A stretch of DNA of 64,000 bases from Naegleria gruberi (lineage: Eukaryota), in the NCBI GenBank assembly GCA_000004985.1, contig GG738898.1. One strand, 5' to 3'. Shown piece after piece: positions 54,152 to 64,000 of this stretch. The position numbers and the translations under genes were made by a program. Numbering within the stretch: the first letter of the stretch is position 1; each line of letters starts with the position of its first letter. The notes beneath the pieces were generated by a model. That model was given only the letters and a program-made list of their open reading frames with translations, did not search any database and was not told the DNA's origin.

Positions 54152-54823
54152 ATGAATTATTTAATTTATTTAAAAAAAATGAAAATGAAAATTGTTTGTT
54201 TGATTGCTTGTCTCGTTGTCGTTTGTTTCCTCTCGCAACAAACCTTCGGATTTGATATCTTTGCCTCTACACAAAAGAAGATCCAACAAAGCAATGAAAA
54301 GTTGGACTTGAATGGAATTGCTCTCGTTCAAAGAGTACCAGAACATCCAGCAATTATGAAGCTGAAGAGTAAATTGATGAAGGCTAAAGAAGCATCTTGT
54401 CACTATAGTAATATTTCAAAGGATCAAAAGGCTTTTGAATGTGATGTTTCTGTTAATCAAACCATTGTTGGAGAACATGTTGCTTTCAATGCTTCATTTT
54501 CTGTTGATGTTGATTTAAAGACTGAATCAGCCATTGTTCAAATTGTTTTTGATGGAATGGTTATTTATAATAAGAATTTGACAATTGCTGATTTGACTGT
54601 ACCAATTTGCGTTACTCCAGCTGCTTTGGATAAGCTCATTTCCTTGTGTCTTGATTTTAGTCAACTTAAATTTGATGTCAATAAGGAATGTTTCAGAGCT
54701 TTTGTTTCTCTTGATTTGAAGATTATTTACATTAAGGAAATAACAATTATTCCACCACAAGAATTTGGTTGGAATATGGCTCAATGTGATGCTACAGTTC
54801 CATTCTATGCCAAGAAGAAATAA
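54152..54823 (+). CDS. Small secreted protein of unknown function with a signal peptide.
   Basis: 'MKMKIVCLIACLVVVCFLSQQTFG' with 8 Cys in the mature part; the likely true ATG is at 54179. Confidence 0.55.
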   Translation: MNYLIYLKKMKMKIVCLIACLVVVCFLSQQTFGFDIFASTQKKIQQSNEKLDLNGIALVQRVPEHPAIMKLKSKLMKAKEASCHYSNISKDQKAFECDVSVNQTIVGEHVAFNASFSVDVDLKTESAIVQIVFDGMVIYNKNLTIADLTVPICVTPAALDKLISLCLDFSQLKFDVNKECFRAFVSLDLKIIYIKEITIIPPQEFGWNMAQCDATVPFYAKKK

Positions 54824-55147
54824 ATTTATTCTTCTGTGGTTTCAAGAAATTTCTTTGAAAGAAGAACTCAGAATTGGACGTTTTACTTAAATAGCTGAAC
54901 TGAACTTTGAATTATTAGTCAGTTATTCAACACACGACTTTCTAATATAAAATACCACAGTTGAAAGTTCTATTGGAACATCTCTAACAATCATCTCGCG
55001 ATATTTAAGAGAATGATTTTCATAAAAAGAATGGAAATTGACACGATTATCAAATTTAATAACTCACCAATACAATGTAAATATTTGAATAAATTATTCT
55101 CGCTCCTCTTTCAAACTACAATTAGCCTTACTTTCGTATACGAAAAA

Positions 55148-56848
55148 ATGTCTGCACAACCACATTATTCGTCGCCCTACAAAAACAATACACCATCCGG
55201 TGATGTAAATAACAACAACTATCATACACCTACAAAACCTTCCCAGCCCTTTAACGGAACATCACCTCAAACTATTTACTTGAGTCCAAGCTATTCGAAT
55301 TATTCGACTAATCCTTCAATACTAGTTTCGGCTAGTCCTGTCAGTAATCTACAACCCTATGACTTGAATCAACAACCAATCACCTTAAATATTTCTTATG
55401 ATGATGATCCATTCAATGATGAATTACCAACACAATATAGTCTTTCATCGATGGTTCCGCATAATCCTTCACTGTCGAATAGATCTAGTACAAACTCAAA
55501 TCAAAGATCTACATCAAGATTAAGCACCGGAGCTCAATCGAATAGTAGACCACAATCACCTCCTCCCCCATCATATAACGAAGCAATTGGTCATCCAACA
55601 AATGTTTCTCCAATAACTTCACCACATTCGAATAATACTTCTCCTCCTAATATCGATTTGAAATCAATGGTTGAACTCGAACCAAAAACAATTCAGGGAA
55701 GGAAAGTATATAGCACTTCTTGGAGTGAACCACCACAACATGCTGCTGGATCATCTCCAAACATAATGTATCACGATGTTTTTGTTCGAAAGTTGGATCA
55801 GGACGCTATTCAAAGGTCGACACCTAATCTCTCCAGACAAACATTCGATTTATATAATCATATAGTGAACCAGAAGGAAATTCCTGGTGATGCATCACTA
55901 TTAAGAAAGGAAAAGGACTTGTTGGGTGTCAATAAGGAACTAGAACAAAAGTCACAATCAAAGAATGCAATTCATCCAGTTGAGGTTCAGAAAGAGGATT
56001 TGGAAAAGATGGACAATGAACAGACTCCTCTTGAAAGACCAGAAGAGGAAATTCTCTACGATATTTACAGAACTAAAAACAAGCTGGAAGATTTGAGAAA
56101 GGAGCTGGCAGCAAAACAGTCACGAAAAAGCAAAGTTTGCTGGAATATGAGTTTTCTAGGTTTGGATGTTTTAGAGATTTTAGTGACAATTTTGTTGATC
56201 AACTTTTGTGTTGCCTCATTCTGGAGAGGAACTTGGGTTCTCATAGAGAGCTATGTTGTGTTTGGAGGGACAAGTCCTGAGAGGGCAGCCCAAATTAATT
56301 TAATATATTTAGGAATAGGTATTGCATCAGTCGGTTTCTTCCAATTATTGAGTGTGGTTGTGAGCAATCATGATGTTCACACTATTCTCCATAAATACTG
56401 GAAGAGTGTCAGGGAAAGTTTCAGAGATTCCGATAGACCCTATCACAAAATGAGACCAAAGATATTTGGATTTTGCATTCTTTCATTCCTGTGGATTGTT
56501 GAGAAGGTTCACGTTTATATCGTAGCTGTTGGATGTGTATTTTGCTGGAGAGGTGTCTTTGGTATTTGGGATTCGTATATTGCTCCATACATGGATAAGG
56601 AAAATCAAATTATCAGTGGTTGGTTATCTCATGGTTTAGGCCTGGTGTTTGTCTTAATATTCGGTTGTATGAATAGTCTGACAGTTGCCCCAGCCAGAAC
56701 AACCAATGATAGAATGATGAGTTTCTCAGGTTTCGTCGGTTCCAAGTGGAATTTCATCACCAATTTCATTAAGGAACACAAAAAGACCAATCAAGAACGA
56801 AAAATATTGAAAGAATGTGCCAGAAGAGACTCTGTTACCAGTAACTAA
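55148..56848 (+). CDS. Hypothetical multi-pass membrane protein with an S/T/P-rich N-terminal region and an internally duplicated 'C..FWRG.W' transmembrane module.
   Basis: ATG at 55148 'MSAQPHYSSPYK'. The C-terminal half has at least four hydrophobic helices, with 'CVASFWRGTWVLIES' and 'CVFCWRGVFGIWDS'. Confidence 0.55.
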   Translation: MSAQPHYSSPYKNNTPSGDVNNNNYHTPTKPSQPFNGTSPQTIYLSPSYSNYSTNPSILVSASPVSNLQPYDLNQQPITLNISYDDDPFNDELPTQYSLSSMVPHNPSLSNRSSTNSNQRSTSRLSTGAQSNSRPQSPPPPSYNEAIGHPTNVSPITSPHSNNTSPPNIDLKSMVELEPKTIQGRKVYSTSWSEPPQHAAGSSPNIMYHDVFVRKLDQDAIQRSTPNLSRQTFDLYNHIVNQKEIPGDASLLRKEKDLLGVNKELEQKSQSKNAIHPVEVQKEDLEKMDNEQTPLERPEEEILYDIYRTKNKLEDLRKELAAKQSRKSKVCWNMSFLGLDVLEILVTILLINFCVASFWRGTWVLIESYVVFGGTSPERAAQINLIYLGIGIASVGFFQLLSVVVSNHDVHTILHKYWKSVRESFRDSDRPYHKMRPKIFGFCILSFLWIVEKVHVYIVAVGCVFCWRGVFGIWDSYIAPYMDKENQIISGWLSHGLGLVFVLIFGCMNSLTVAPARTTNDRMMSFSGFVGSKWNFITNFIKEHKKTNQERKILKECARRDSVTSN

Positions 56849-56879
56849 CATGGTAATTAGGAGCTACGTGTTTTCAAGT

Positions 56880-58218
56880 TCACCTAATAAATTTATTCAT
56901 TATATCTAACATTATTGAAGCAATTTGATTGAATGCTTTATTGTATTCTTCCTTCTTTTCCAGGTATTGATTTTGGGAAGGATTAAGGTCGCTAAGAAAT
57001 GCATACATGCACATCATCAGTTCAATCAAGCGGTATATGAGATGTAAATCTTGAATGGATGATAGTAAAGGTTCAACTCGCTCAATTAATACTGTCAGAA
57101 CAGCCTTTCTTTTTGTTTCTTCTTTCAAGAATGTTAAAGAACTATGTAAAATAATATTGAAGAACGGAGCTGTTCTATGAATAATTCGAACAAGTAACTG
57201 GTTCATGATTCTAATACACTCAAATGTTAATACCTCCAACTTGTCAATTACCGGAGTGAGGTCATTTAACTGAAGTAATGGACTTGCAATATTATGAATG
57301 GCAAATAGCCTTCCTTCATCATCTAGATTCATCTCTCTAATATTTACCGATACATACAGTAAATTTAATGATGTGGGGTTATTTTCTGCCAATTCAATAA
57401 GATCAATAAGCTCTTTAGGTTGTTTCAGAGCTTGGTTAATCTCTGATAAAATTCTTGCTAACTCTATTGACACTTCCATGTCAAACCCTGCAAAACATCG
57501 CATATGTTCACTCCTCAACATGGAAATAATACCTTCAGTATCTATTAATTGTCTAGGTGCACCTAATAATAAGGAGGAAACAAACAGCTCCAACTTATTC
57601 AGTGGAATAATTTCCATAAAATCTCGTAGCCATAACCAATATGAGGTATCTTCAATAAAGATTGCTGAAGAAAAAGAGAGGCATTCGTAGGCCATTTCCA
57701 AGTGTTTGTCCCTTTCGGTGCAATGATAAGCTTTGAATATATGTATCATGCCATTGACAAAATACTCGAACTGGTGTGGGATGTTAACAGTGAATGTTAG
57801 GGAAAACAGAGCATTCACGAAATGTATTGCTTACAGACTTCAACTCTTCCCAGATAAGGGATTCGGATTGGTTAGAATGTTCTTCAATTAAATTAACAAC
57901 AGACACTTGTGTAAGTTCCATCCAAACAGTTTTTGTTTCTCCGTTAACATGCTGCAACACTTTGGTAGGATCATTGCTCACTTCTTCCACTACTGTGTTT
58001 CCATGCACTTTCATTGCCTTTATCAAAAATAGTAGAGAAGTTAATTCTTTATGTTGGTTCTTAGTGTGTAGATGAACAGCTAGTTGATACAAATCCTGGT
58101 CTTCCACTTCCTCAATCACTTTTTCTACAAATAACCTATCTAATACACGTATAGGATGAGAAAATTGTGGTTTTAAATATGTGGTGATGAGTTCAAGAGA
58201 TTTTATCATTTTTTTCAA
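56880..58218 (-). CDS. Hypothetical helical-repeat protein. Two frame-shifted ORFs (58218..57784 and 57818..56880) are probably one gene with a frameshift or unrecognised intron.
   Basis: The ORFs are contiguous and co-oriented and overlap by 35 nt; no motif is recognisable. Confidence 0.45.
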
Positions 58219-58433
58219 AGATTTCTTAATGCAATCATTCTTCCTATTTTATGTTTTTCGATTGGTACTTTATAATAGTGAGTAATCTCAATCAAAGTTG
58301 CGAACAATTATTTCAACATTTTCTAGAGTTCCAAGTTCCCAAAGAGTGAAATTTGAATATGCATTTTCAAAAATTACAATAAAACACAATGCACTTCCAG
58401 AAATGATGAACTTTTGAAACAACACAAAAAAAA

Positions 58434-59612
58434 ATGTTACAAGACATGCCAGAGATTCCCATCGATGACTTTGATGAGGAACAATCAACACAAGAAACAT
58501 CAACAAACTTTGACAGAAGCAAGACAAATAAGAAGAAGAAACTTCATGATAGAGATGTCTATCAACTCGTTGCCAAGTATCCGAGTGCTAAAGAGAAGTC
58601 ATCTGGAGGTGGTTCTAATAGGAGATGGGTTGAGGGAGTGACAATGGTTTTTGCTCAGGAGAAGATTGATGGTTCTCAACTCTCTGTTAAACGAATGTAT
58701 AAGGATGAGATGGAATTGGTGGAGAAGAATAGTTGTTGTGGAAGGGATGATGATGATGAGGAGGAAGGAGATTCGGAAAATGTAGTGGAAACACCAAGTT
58801 CTCTTCCAGAATTTGTAAAGGACACTGATAGAGAAACACAACTTGTGTTTAGGTCAAAGAGAGGTCCAATTGGTTGTGATACTTTCTTTGGAGATGCTGT
58901 TCGTTCAGTTTCGACACTTGCTGATTTATTGAGGCCGAATTGGACCTATAGAGGTGAAACTGTAACACGATTGAGACATACTAGAATTTTATATGGTAGA
59001 ATTCCAAAACATTCATTTGTGTTATTCGAAATTCAAAATGAAAAGGGCCACTATTTGCCTCCAAATTTAATTCAAGAAGAAGCTGAAAGAATTGGTTTTG
59101 AATATTCTCAAATTTTATATCAAGGCATTCTGGATTTTAAGAAATTGAAAGAAGTTGCAAATAATTCCAAATCTCAACTTGGTGGTTTTGCAATGATTGA
59201 AGGTATTGTGACAAAAATGTACAAAAATGGTAAAATGTCATCCTTCAAATTAGTTGCCAAACAATACAAGGAAACAAAAACCAAGAAAATCATGAAGATT
59301 AATGAATTCTCAGAATTAGATAAGAAATTAAAAGTAATTGCAAAGGGAGTGTGCACTAGGTCAAGATGGGAAAAGGCAATTTTCAGATTTTTGGAAAATG
59401 GAGGTGAGAAAAAGGATTCAGATTTGGGAGGTAAAATTTCTCTTGAAATTAAGAACGATATCATGAAGGAAGAAACGGAAACAGTTATTCGATTGTTGAA
59501 AGAGAATGATATTGAGTACACTGATACCATTCTCAATGTTATTCTGGAACATGCAGTGGATGGAGCCAAAGATTGGGCCAAAGATTTTGTCAAAAACCTC
59601 GACAATGTCTAA
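58434..59612 (+). CDS. ATP-dependent polynucleotide ligase-like protein (RNA-ligase-type covalent nucleotidyltransferase).
   Basis: Motif I 'VFAQEKIDGSQLSV' (KxDG), motif IV-like 'MIEGIVTKMY' and motif V-like 'FKLVAKQYKETK', with an acidic N-terminal extension. Confidence 0.6.
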   Translation: MLQDMPEIPIDDFDEEQSTQETSTNFDRSKTNKKKKLHDRDVYQLVAKYPSAKEKSSGGGSNRRWVEGVTMVFAQEKIDGSQLSVKRMYKDEMELVEKNSCCGRDDDDEEEGDSENVVETPSSLPEFVKDTDRETQLVFRSKRGPIGCDTFFGDAVRSVSTLADLLRPNWTYRGETVTRLRHTRILYGRIPKHSFVLFEIQNEKGHYLPPNLIQEEAERIGFEYSQILYQGILDFKKLKEVANNSKSQLGGFAMIEGIVTKMYKNGKMSSFKLVAKQYKETKTKKIMKINEFSELDKKLKVIAKGVCTRSRWEKAIFRFLENGGEKKDSDLGGKISLEIKNDIMKEETETVIRLLKENDIEYTDTILNVILEHAVDGAKDWAKDFVKNLDNV

Positions 59613-60104
59613 TTCTTCCAATAAATTCACATCCTAAACTATTCGAAACCAAACGATTCGCTTCACACTACAATTTTCTAAATTTTGGCGCGTAACCAAT
59701 TCTGGCGCACATGACCATTTTCAACATGTCCATAAAAAAAATTACAACCAAATATTCTTGGAGTTTTGATCCTAACACAATCTTTGAAAAAATAAAGCAA
59801 AAAAGAATATCACACAATATCAGGACAATATTTTCAAAGCCTTCTTTAAATATTATTTAAATATTATTTTCAATAATTGTTGTTATTGTTGTGCTTTACG
59901 GGACAAGCTAATTTATTCTTCTTTGTTATTGGAAATCTTATTGGAGGAAGTGTAACAATCATTGAGAGTAGAGAGCATCATTATATAATTGAAACAAATA
60001 ATAACAATATTGCAATAGCTATTGAACAATAACAACATCAATAGAAGGAGTTTTTAATAATTATAATAATAACAAAAATAGTTTTTTGGGAGGAGGAAAA
60101 CAAA

Positions 60105-61460
60105 ATGTTTAATTCAATATCGGCCAATGATGATTTTATGAATTCTTTAATGACTGGAGAGGAGGAAACGTTTACGAGTAGTGGGAGTGCTGGTCAGCAT
60201 CGAAATAGATATTTGGAAAAGTCGAAACAGAGCAAATCACCAACAATGAATTCTTCATCACCTTCATCATCACCTAAATTACAGGATTCAACAAATAGAC
60301 GATATACAATGACACCTGGTGGTCAACCAAAGTTAGCTTCTGAGATGGTTCCTATTCCATCTTCCCGAAATACGAATTACGGAAGAAGATTGAGATATAA
60401 TTTGTTTGGAACATCTGCTCCATCGAATGGAATGGATAGTAATAATTCGAATATGAGTTCGCAACCACCAATTGACTCATTACCAGAACAACAAATTTCT
60501 AATTCTGTTGCAACTTCTGTAATAAGCAGAACCAACAGTTTGTACAGTAATAATAGTACACAAGTACCTTATAATCCTATCGAGTTCCAAATTGAAAGAG
60601 AAAATCTCACTTTTAATACTGATCAAGAAGTGCCCAGGTTTAAAATTGGCATTTTTGGACGAAATTCTTCCATATTTACAATTCTATTTGTTCTTCACCT
60701 TAAAAGTGAATGGTATTACATGGATGGAAAGTTAAAATCGACGGATTCATTTAGATTGGATCCCACTTCTGACAGCTTTATATCAACAAGGCCAATTATG
60801 AATCCAATAGAATCTGATGAAAATGAATTAGCACTTGTTTCGTTGGAATGGATTGATATGTCTCCTACACATAACCAATACCAACTAAAGGATACTGAAG
60901 GATTCGTGTATGTTTTAGATATTGGTTGCAAAGTAAATGGTGAAGAATATTTGCCAAAGAGTTTTGAGGATCAATTACGAGTTGCAATTCAGTACTTGCA
61001 AACATATATCAAGAGGAGAATAATGAGGAATAACAAGAACGAAAATTTTGAGGAATTTGAGGAACCAGTTGTGTTCTTGTGTTATCATGACGAGGATTTG
61101 TACAATTTGAGAGAGGAAGAATTAAACAATTCTCTAGATAAGAGAAATTCTATAATAATGACAAATGAAGACGATTCACCATTAGAAGAAAGCGCCAGGT
61201 CTATAAATATTCGAAATGCAATTCAAAAAACCTTAAACGAACAAATACCACTCAAGTTAAAGAATACCAAAGTTTATGTTCAGGAGGCTAAAGATCACAA
61301 ATCCATAGGATCCTTCATAGACAATAGTTTCGCCTTTCTTGCAAGCGAAATTACATTATCCAAATTCATGAATGAACACAAAGCGAAAAATGGCCAAAAT
61401 TCAATATCATCTTTCTTTGCCTCTAGTAGAGACGAGGAAGTTTCAGATAATCTATTGTAA
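60105..61460 (+). CDS. Hypothetical protein of 451 aa with an S/N-rich N-terminus.
   Basis: Single ORF whose 3' end overlaps the stop of the convergent DUF4116 gene by 9 nt. Confidence 0.5.
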   Translation: MFNSISANDDFMNSLMTGEEETFTSSGSAGQHRNRYLEKSKQSKSPTMNSSSPSSSPKLQDSTNRRYTMTPGGQPKLASEMVPIPSSRNTNYGRRLRYNLFGTSAPSNGMDSNNSNMSSQPPIDSLPEQQISNSVATSVISRTNSLYSNNSTQVPYNPIEFQIERENLTFNTDQEVPRFKIGIFGRNSSIFTILFVLHLKSEWYYMDGKLKSTDSFRLDPTSDSFISTRPIMNPIESDENELALVSLEWIDMSPTHNQYQLKDTEGFVYVLDIGCKVNGEEYLPKSFEDQLRVAIQYLQTYIKRRIMRNNKNENFEEFEEPVVFLCYHDEDLYNLREEELNNSLDKRNSIIMTNEDDSPLEESARSINIRNAIQKTLNEQIPLKLKNTKVYVQEAKDHKSIGSFIDNSFAFLASEITLSKFMNEHKAKNGQNSISSFFASSRDEEVSDNLL

Positions 61461-63248
61461 ATTATTTAAATGTGGAATCTTTTCCTTAAGCAAGTTGTAA
61501 ACCTCTTCATTCTTCATGAACATGGTTGGAAGGTGTAGATAAATATATTTTTCAATATCAGCAGGAGTGTTGTGTTGGAGTGCCTTAACAACAAGTTCTG
61601 AGGTAAGAAAATTGTAAGGAATAATCTTGAAATTAGTTGGTTCAGTAATTGCCAATTTGATAAAATCTGTATCTCTCTTTTGATAAAAGTCTAACCCAAC
61701 ATATAATTTTGGCTGGGCTGTCAATATCTTGATAATATTCTCTTTTGAAGTAAATTTTTCTGGAACATCTATCCATCTATATTGCATATGCTGCAAAGCA
61801 ATTATAACCATCTCAAGAGTTAATATCTCTTCCTTAATCATTGAAAGAATTGAAGGACTACAATTATATCCTTGAGAGAGAGCCGTCATTACTAGATCTG
61901 GAGTTTGGTGCACATATGAAATTGTTGCTGGATTAGTCATCACAAGATGCTGAATCATGTTATCACTCAAGTAAACATCCTTAGGCAGTATTTTCAACAA
62001 CTCTACTCCATATTTGTTATTTGCTAATTTCATTAATACATCCTCGTCCAGAAGTAATGACTTATCAACACAAGAAAGGTCAAGTTTTTGCCCATAAAAA
62101 TTTCTAACTAAACTCAGTAATTCCAATATGAATTGTTTGTTTGATCTCAGTTTAGGACTTATTAAGGGGAATGCCGAAGTGTGTACTTGTAAGAGTAATA
62201 GAGCTTTAGGATAATCATGGCAAAACAAATAAAGTGTTTGATCGGGTATATAATCAAAGTTCGAAAAATAGGTACCTCCTTTTTGGATCATTGAGTTTAA
62301 TGTTGTTGTTAACACTTCAACATCAACTTTCAAAGATTCAGGAAGGGATTTGTAAAGAGAGCCACGATCATGGAATACTAATTTGAGAGCTACCTCCTTA
62401 TCCGATTTCAATCTATCAGAAATAATGTTAAAGAGAATCAAGGTATTGTTATAAGTTATTGATTCCAATATCAAGCTCTTGTCGTCACTAACTTCAAAAG
62501 GCACTGTTGCACTAAAGCTGTAAGTAATATTTTTGAAAGTTGTCAACACAATATCTCTATCCTTCTTGAGTCTTTCCGAGATGAATTCATATTTGCGATA
62601 GGAAGATTTTACAGCACTAAGTGCTATTTCCTTATCGTCTTTGAAGAGGGGTGATATTTTTGATATACACAGTCCATTTTTCACTGCCTCTAAGCAAATA
62701 TCACGATCCTCTTTCAAGTTGTCAGACAGGGACAGATAAGTATTGCATGTCTTTTGAATCATATTCAATGCATATTCTTTGTTCTCTATTATTGACTTGG
62801 GAATGAATTCTACAACAGAAAGAGTAGGCATCTCCTCCATTCTGAACGGCTTGGATCTGATAGTCTCTTGTGCAATTTCTGTTCCTTTCACTCTTTCAGA
62901 ACAAAATCTAACAGTAAGAGGATGCATAAGCAGAATGTCTTTCATAAATATTTCGTCATCTTTGATTTCATCTGAAGCATATTGAATAGCATCTAAATAA
63001 TTTGACACAGCTGCACAAACAATATCTCTATTATTCCTTAGTTCTTTGGAAACATATTTCAATTGACTCCCATTATTCCTTAAATATTTCAACACAAATT
63101 CGGGATCATTCTTCTTTTCTTCAGTTGCGAACCTGATAGGCTCTCGTTTCGGTACAATTTTGAGATTCAACTTTTGTTGTGGTAATAGACTTTTGAACCA
63201 TTTCTTCATGTTACCTAACTTGTTAAATGAATAATTCTCGAATCCCAT
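61452..63248 (-). CDS. DUF4116 repeat-containing protein whose N-terminus is in the terminal gap at 63249-64000.
   Basis: Tandem ~30-aa repeats of the DUF4116 type: 'LKYVSKELRNNRDIVCAAVSNYLDAIQYASDEIKDD', 'DNLKEDRDICLEAVKNG', 'ERLKKDRDIVLTT' and 'DRLKSDKEVALKLV'. Confidence 0.65.
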   Translation of the reverse strand: MGFENYSFNKLGNMKKWFKSLLPQQKLNLKIVPKREPIRFATEEKKNDPEFVLKYLRNNGSQLKYVSKELRNNRDIVCAAVSNYLDAIQYASDEIKDDEIFMKDILLMHPLTVRFCSERVKGTEIAQETIRSKPFRMEEMPTLSVVEFIPKSIIENKEYALNMIQKTCNTYLSLSDNLKEDRDICLEAVKNGLCISKISPLFKDDKEIALSAVKSSYRKYEFISERLKKDRDIVLTTFKNITYSFSATVPFEVSDDKSLILESITYNNTLILFNIISDRLKSDKEVALKLVFHDRGSLYKSLPESLKVDVEVLTTTLNSMIQKGGTYFSNFDYIPDQTLYLFCHDYPKALLLLQVHTSAFPLISPKLRSNKQFILELLSLVRNFYGQKLDLSCVDKSLLLDEDVLMKLANNKYGVELLKILPKDVYLSDNMIQHLVMTNPATISYVHQTPDLVMTALSQGYNCSPSILSMIKEEILTLEMVIIALQHMQYRWIDVPEKFTSKENIIKILTAQPKLYVGLDFYQKRDTDFIKLAITEPTNFKIIPYNFLTSELVVKALQHNTPADIEKYIYLHLPTMFMKNEEVYNLLKEKIPHLNNLQ

Positions 63249-64000
63249 TNNNNNNNNNNNNNNNNNNNNNNNNNNNNNNNNNNNNNNNNNNNNNNNNNNN
63301 NNNNNNNNNNNNNNNNNNNNNNNNNNNNNNNNNNNNNNNNNNNNNNNNNNNNNNNNNNNNNNNNNNNNNNNNNNNNNNNNNNNNNNNNNNNNNNNNNNNN
63401 NNNNNNNNNNNNNNNNNNNNNNNNNNNNNNNNNNNNNNNNNNNNNNNNNNNNNNNNNNNNNNNNNNNNNNNNNNNNNNNNNNNNNNNNNNNNNNNNNNNN
63501 NNNNNNNNNNNNNNNNNNNNNNNNNNNNNNNNNNNNNNNNNNNNNNNNNNNNNNNNNNNNNNNNNNNNNNNNNNNNNNNNNNNNNNNNNNNNNNNNNNNN
63601 NNNNNNNNNNNNNNNNNNNNNNNNNNNNNNNNNNNNNNNNNNNNNNNNNNNNNNNNNNNNNNNNNNNNNNNNNNNNNNNNNNNNNNNNNNNNNNNNNNNN
63701 NNNNNNNNNNNNNNNNNNNNNNNNNNNNNNNNNNNNNNNNNNNNNNNNNNNNNNNNNNNNNNNNNNNNNNNNNNNNNNNNNNNNNNNNNNNNNNNNNNNN
63801 NNNNNNNNNNNNNNNNNNNNNNNNNNNNNNNNNNNNNNNNNNNNNNNNNNNNNNNNNNNNNNNNNNNNNNNNNNNNNNNNNNNNNNNNNNNNNNNNNNNN
63901 NNNNNNNNNNNNNNNNNNNNNNNNNNNNNNNNNNNNNNNNNNNNNNNNNNNNNNNNNNNNNNNNNNNNNNNNNNNNNNNNNNNNNNNNNNNNNNNNNNNN

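Noticed and set aside
1-64000. Assignment of the window to Dictyostelium discoideum
   Set aside because: The composition and Asn-runs are suggestive, but IFT46 and DPCD are present, and the intergenic DNA is only ~65-72% AT rather than ~85-90%. Species identity cannot be established from sequence inspection alone.
1-64000. Prokaryotic-type features (CRISPR arrays, operons, defence islands, rRNA)
   Set aside because: There are no direct-repeat/spacer arrays and no rRNA signatures. The spliceosomal introns, Pol III tRNA with T5 terminator, and eukaryotic gene families make prokaryotic systems inapplicable.

Overview
This is a nuclear window from an AT-rich, gene-dense, intron-poor microbial eukaryote. 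The draft assembly has many N-gaps, and several track ORFs run through them as artificial fusions. Introns are short (41-94 nt) and begin GTAAGT or GTATGT; stops are standard TAA/TGA/TAG. I annotate about 40 protein genes. Identified products: cytosolic Hsp70, a PMS1/PMS2-type MutL homolog, IFT46, DPCD, RPS11/uS17, proteasome alpha-3, a TBC/ankyrin RabGAP, two Rho-family GTPases, a BTB-ARF-like GTPase, a PARP, a CHR chromate transporter, a Zn2Cys6 transcription factor, a CCCH zinc-finger protein, an RNA-ligase-like nucleotidyltransferase, a DUF1264/OBAP-like protein, a DUF4116 protein, a PPR protein and a divergent ubiquitin-like protein. There are at least eight F-box-like genes, two of them F-box-LRR. 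One degenerate Tc1/mariner DNA transposon has TA target duplications and 44-bp terminal inverted repeats. There is one Pol III tRNA-Ala(UGC) and one truncated tRNA 3' half. There are no rRNA genes or CRISPR arrays, and nothing prokaryote-like. IFT46 and DPCD imply the organism builds cilia or flagella, so it is not a dictyostelid despite Dictyostelium-like Asn/Ser runs. A heterolobosean or zoosporic lineage is possible, but I do not assert it. I see no compact novel 'system' in the prokaryotic sense. The most unusual content is a dense set of cullin-RING ligase adaptors (F-box and BTB) together with a divergent LRLLGG ubiquitin-like gene, and two small-GTPase fusion architectures: F-box/Kelch-Rho with 10-nt and 13-nt micro-exons, and BTB-ARF with a switch-II Gln->Asn. 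A near-intact Tc1-like element sits next to a duplicated gene-end fragment.
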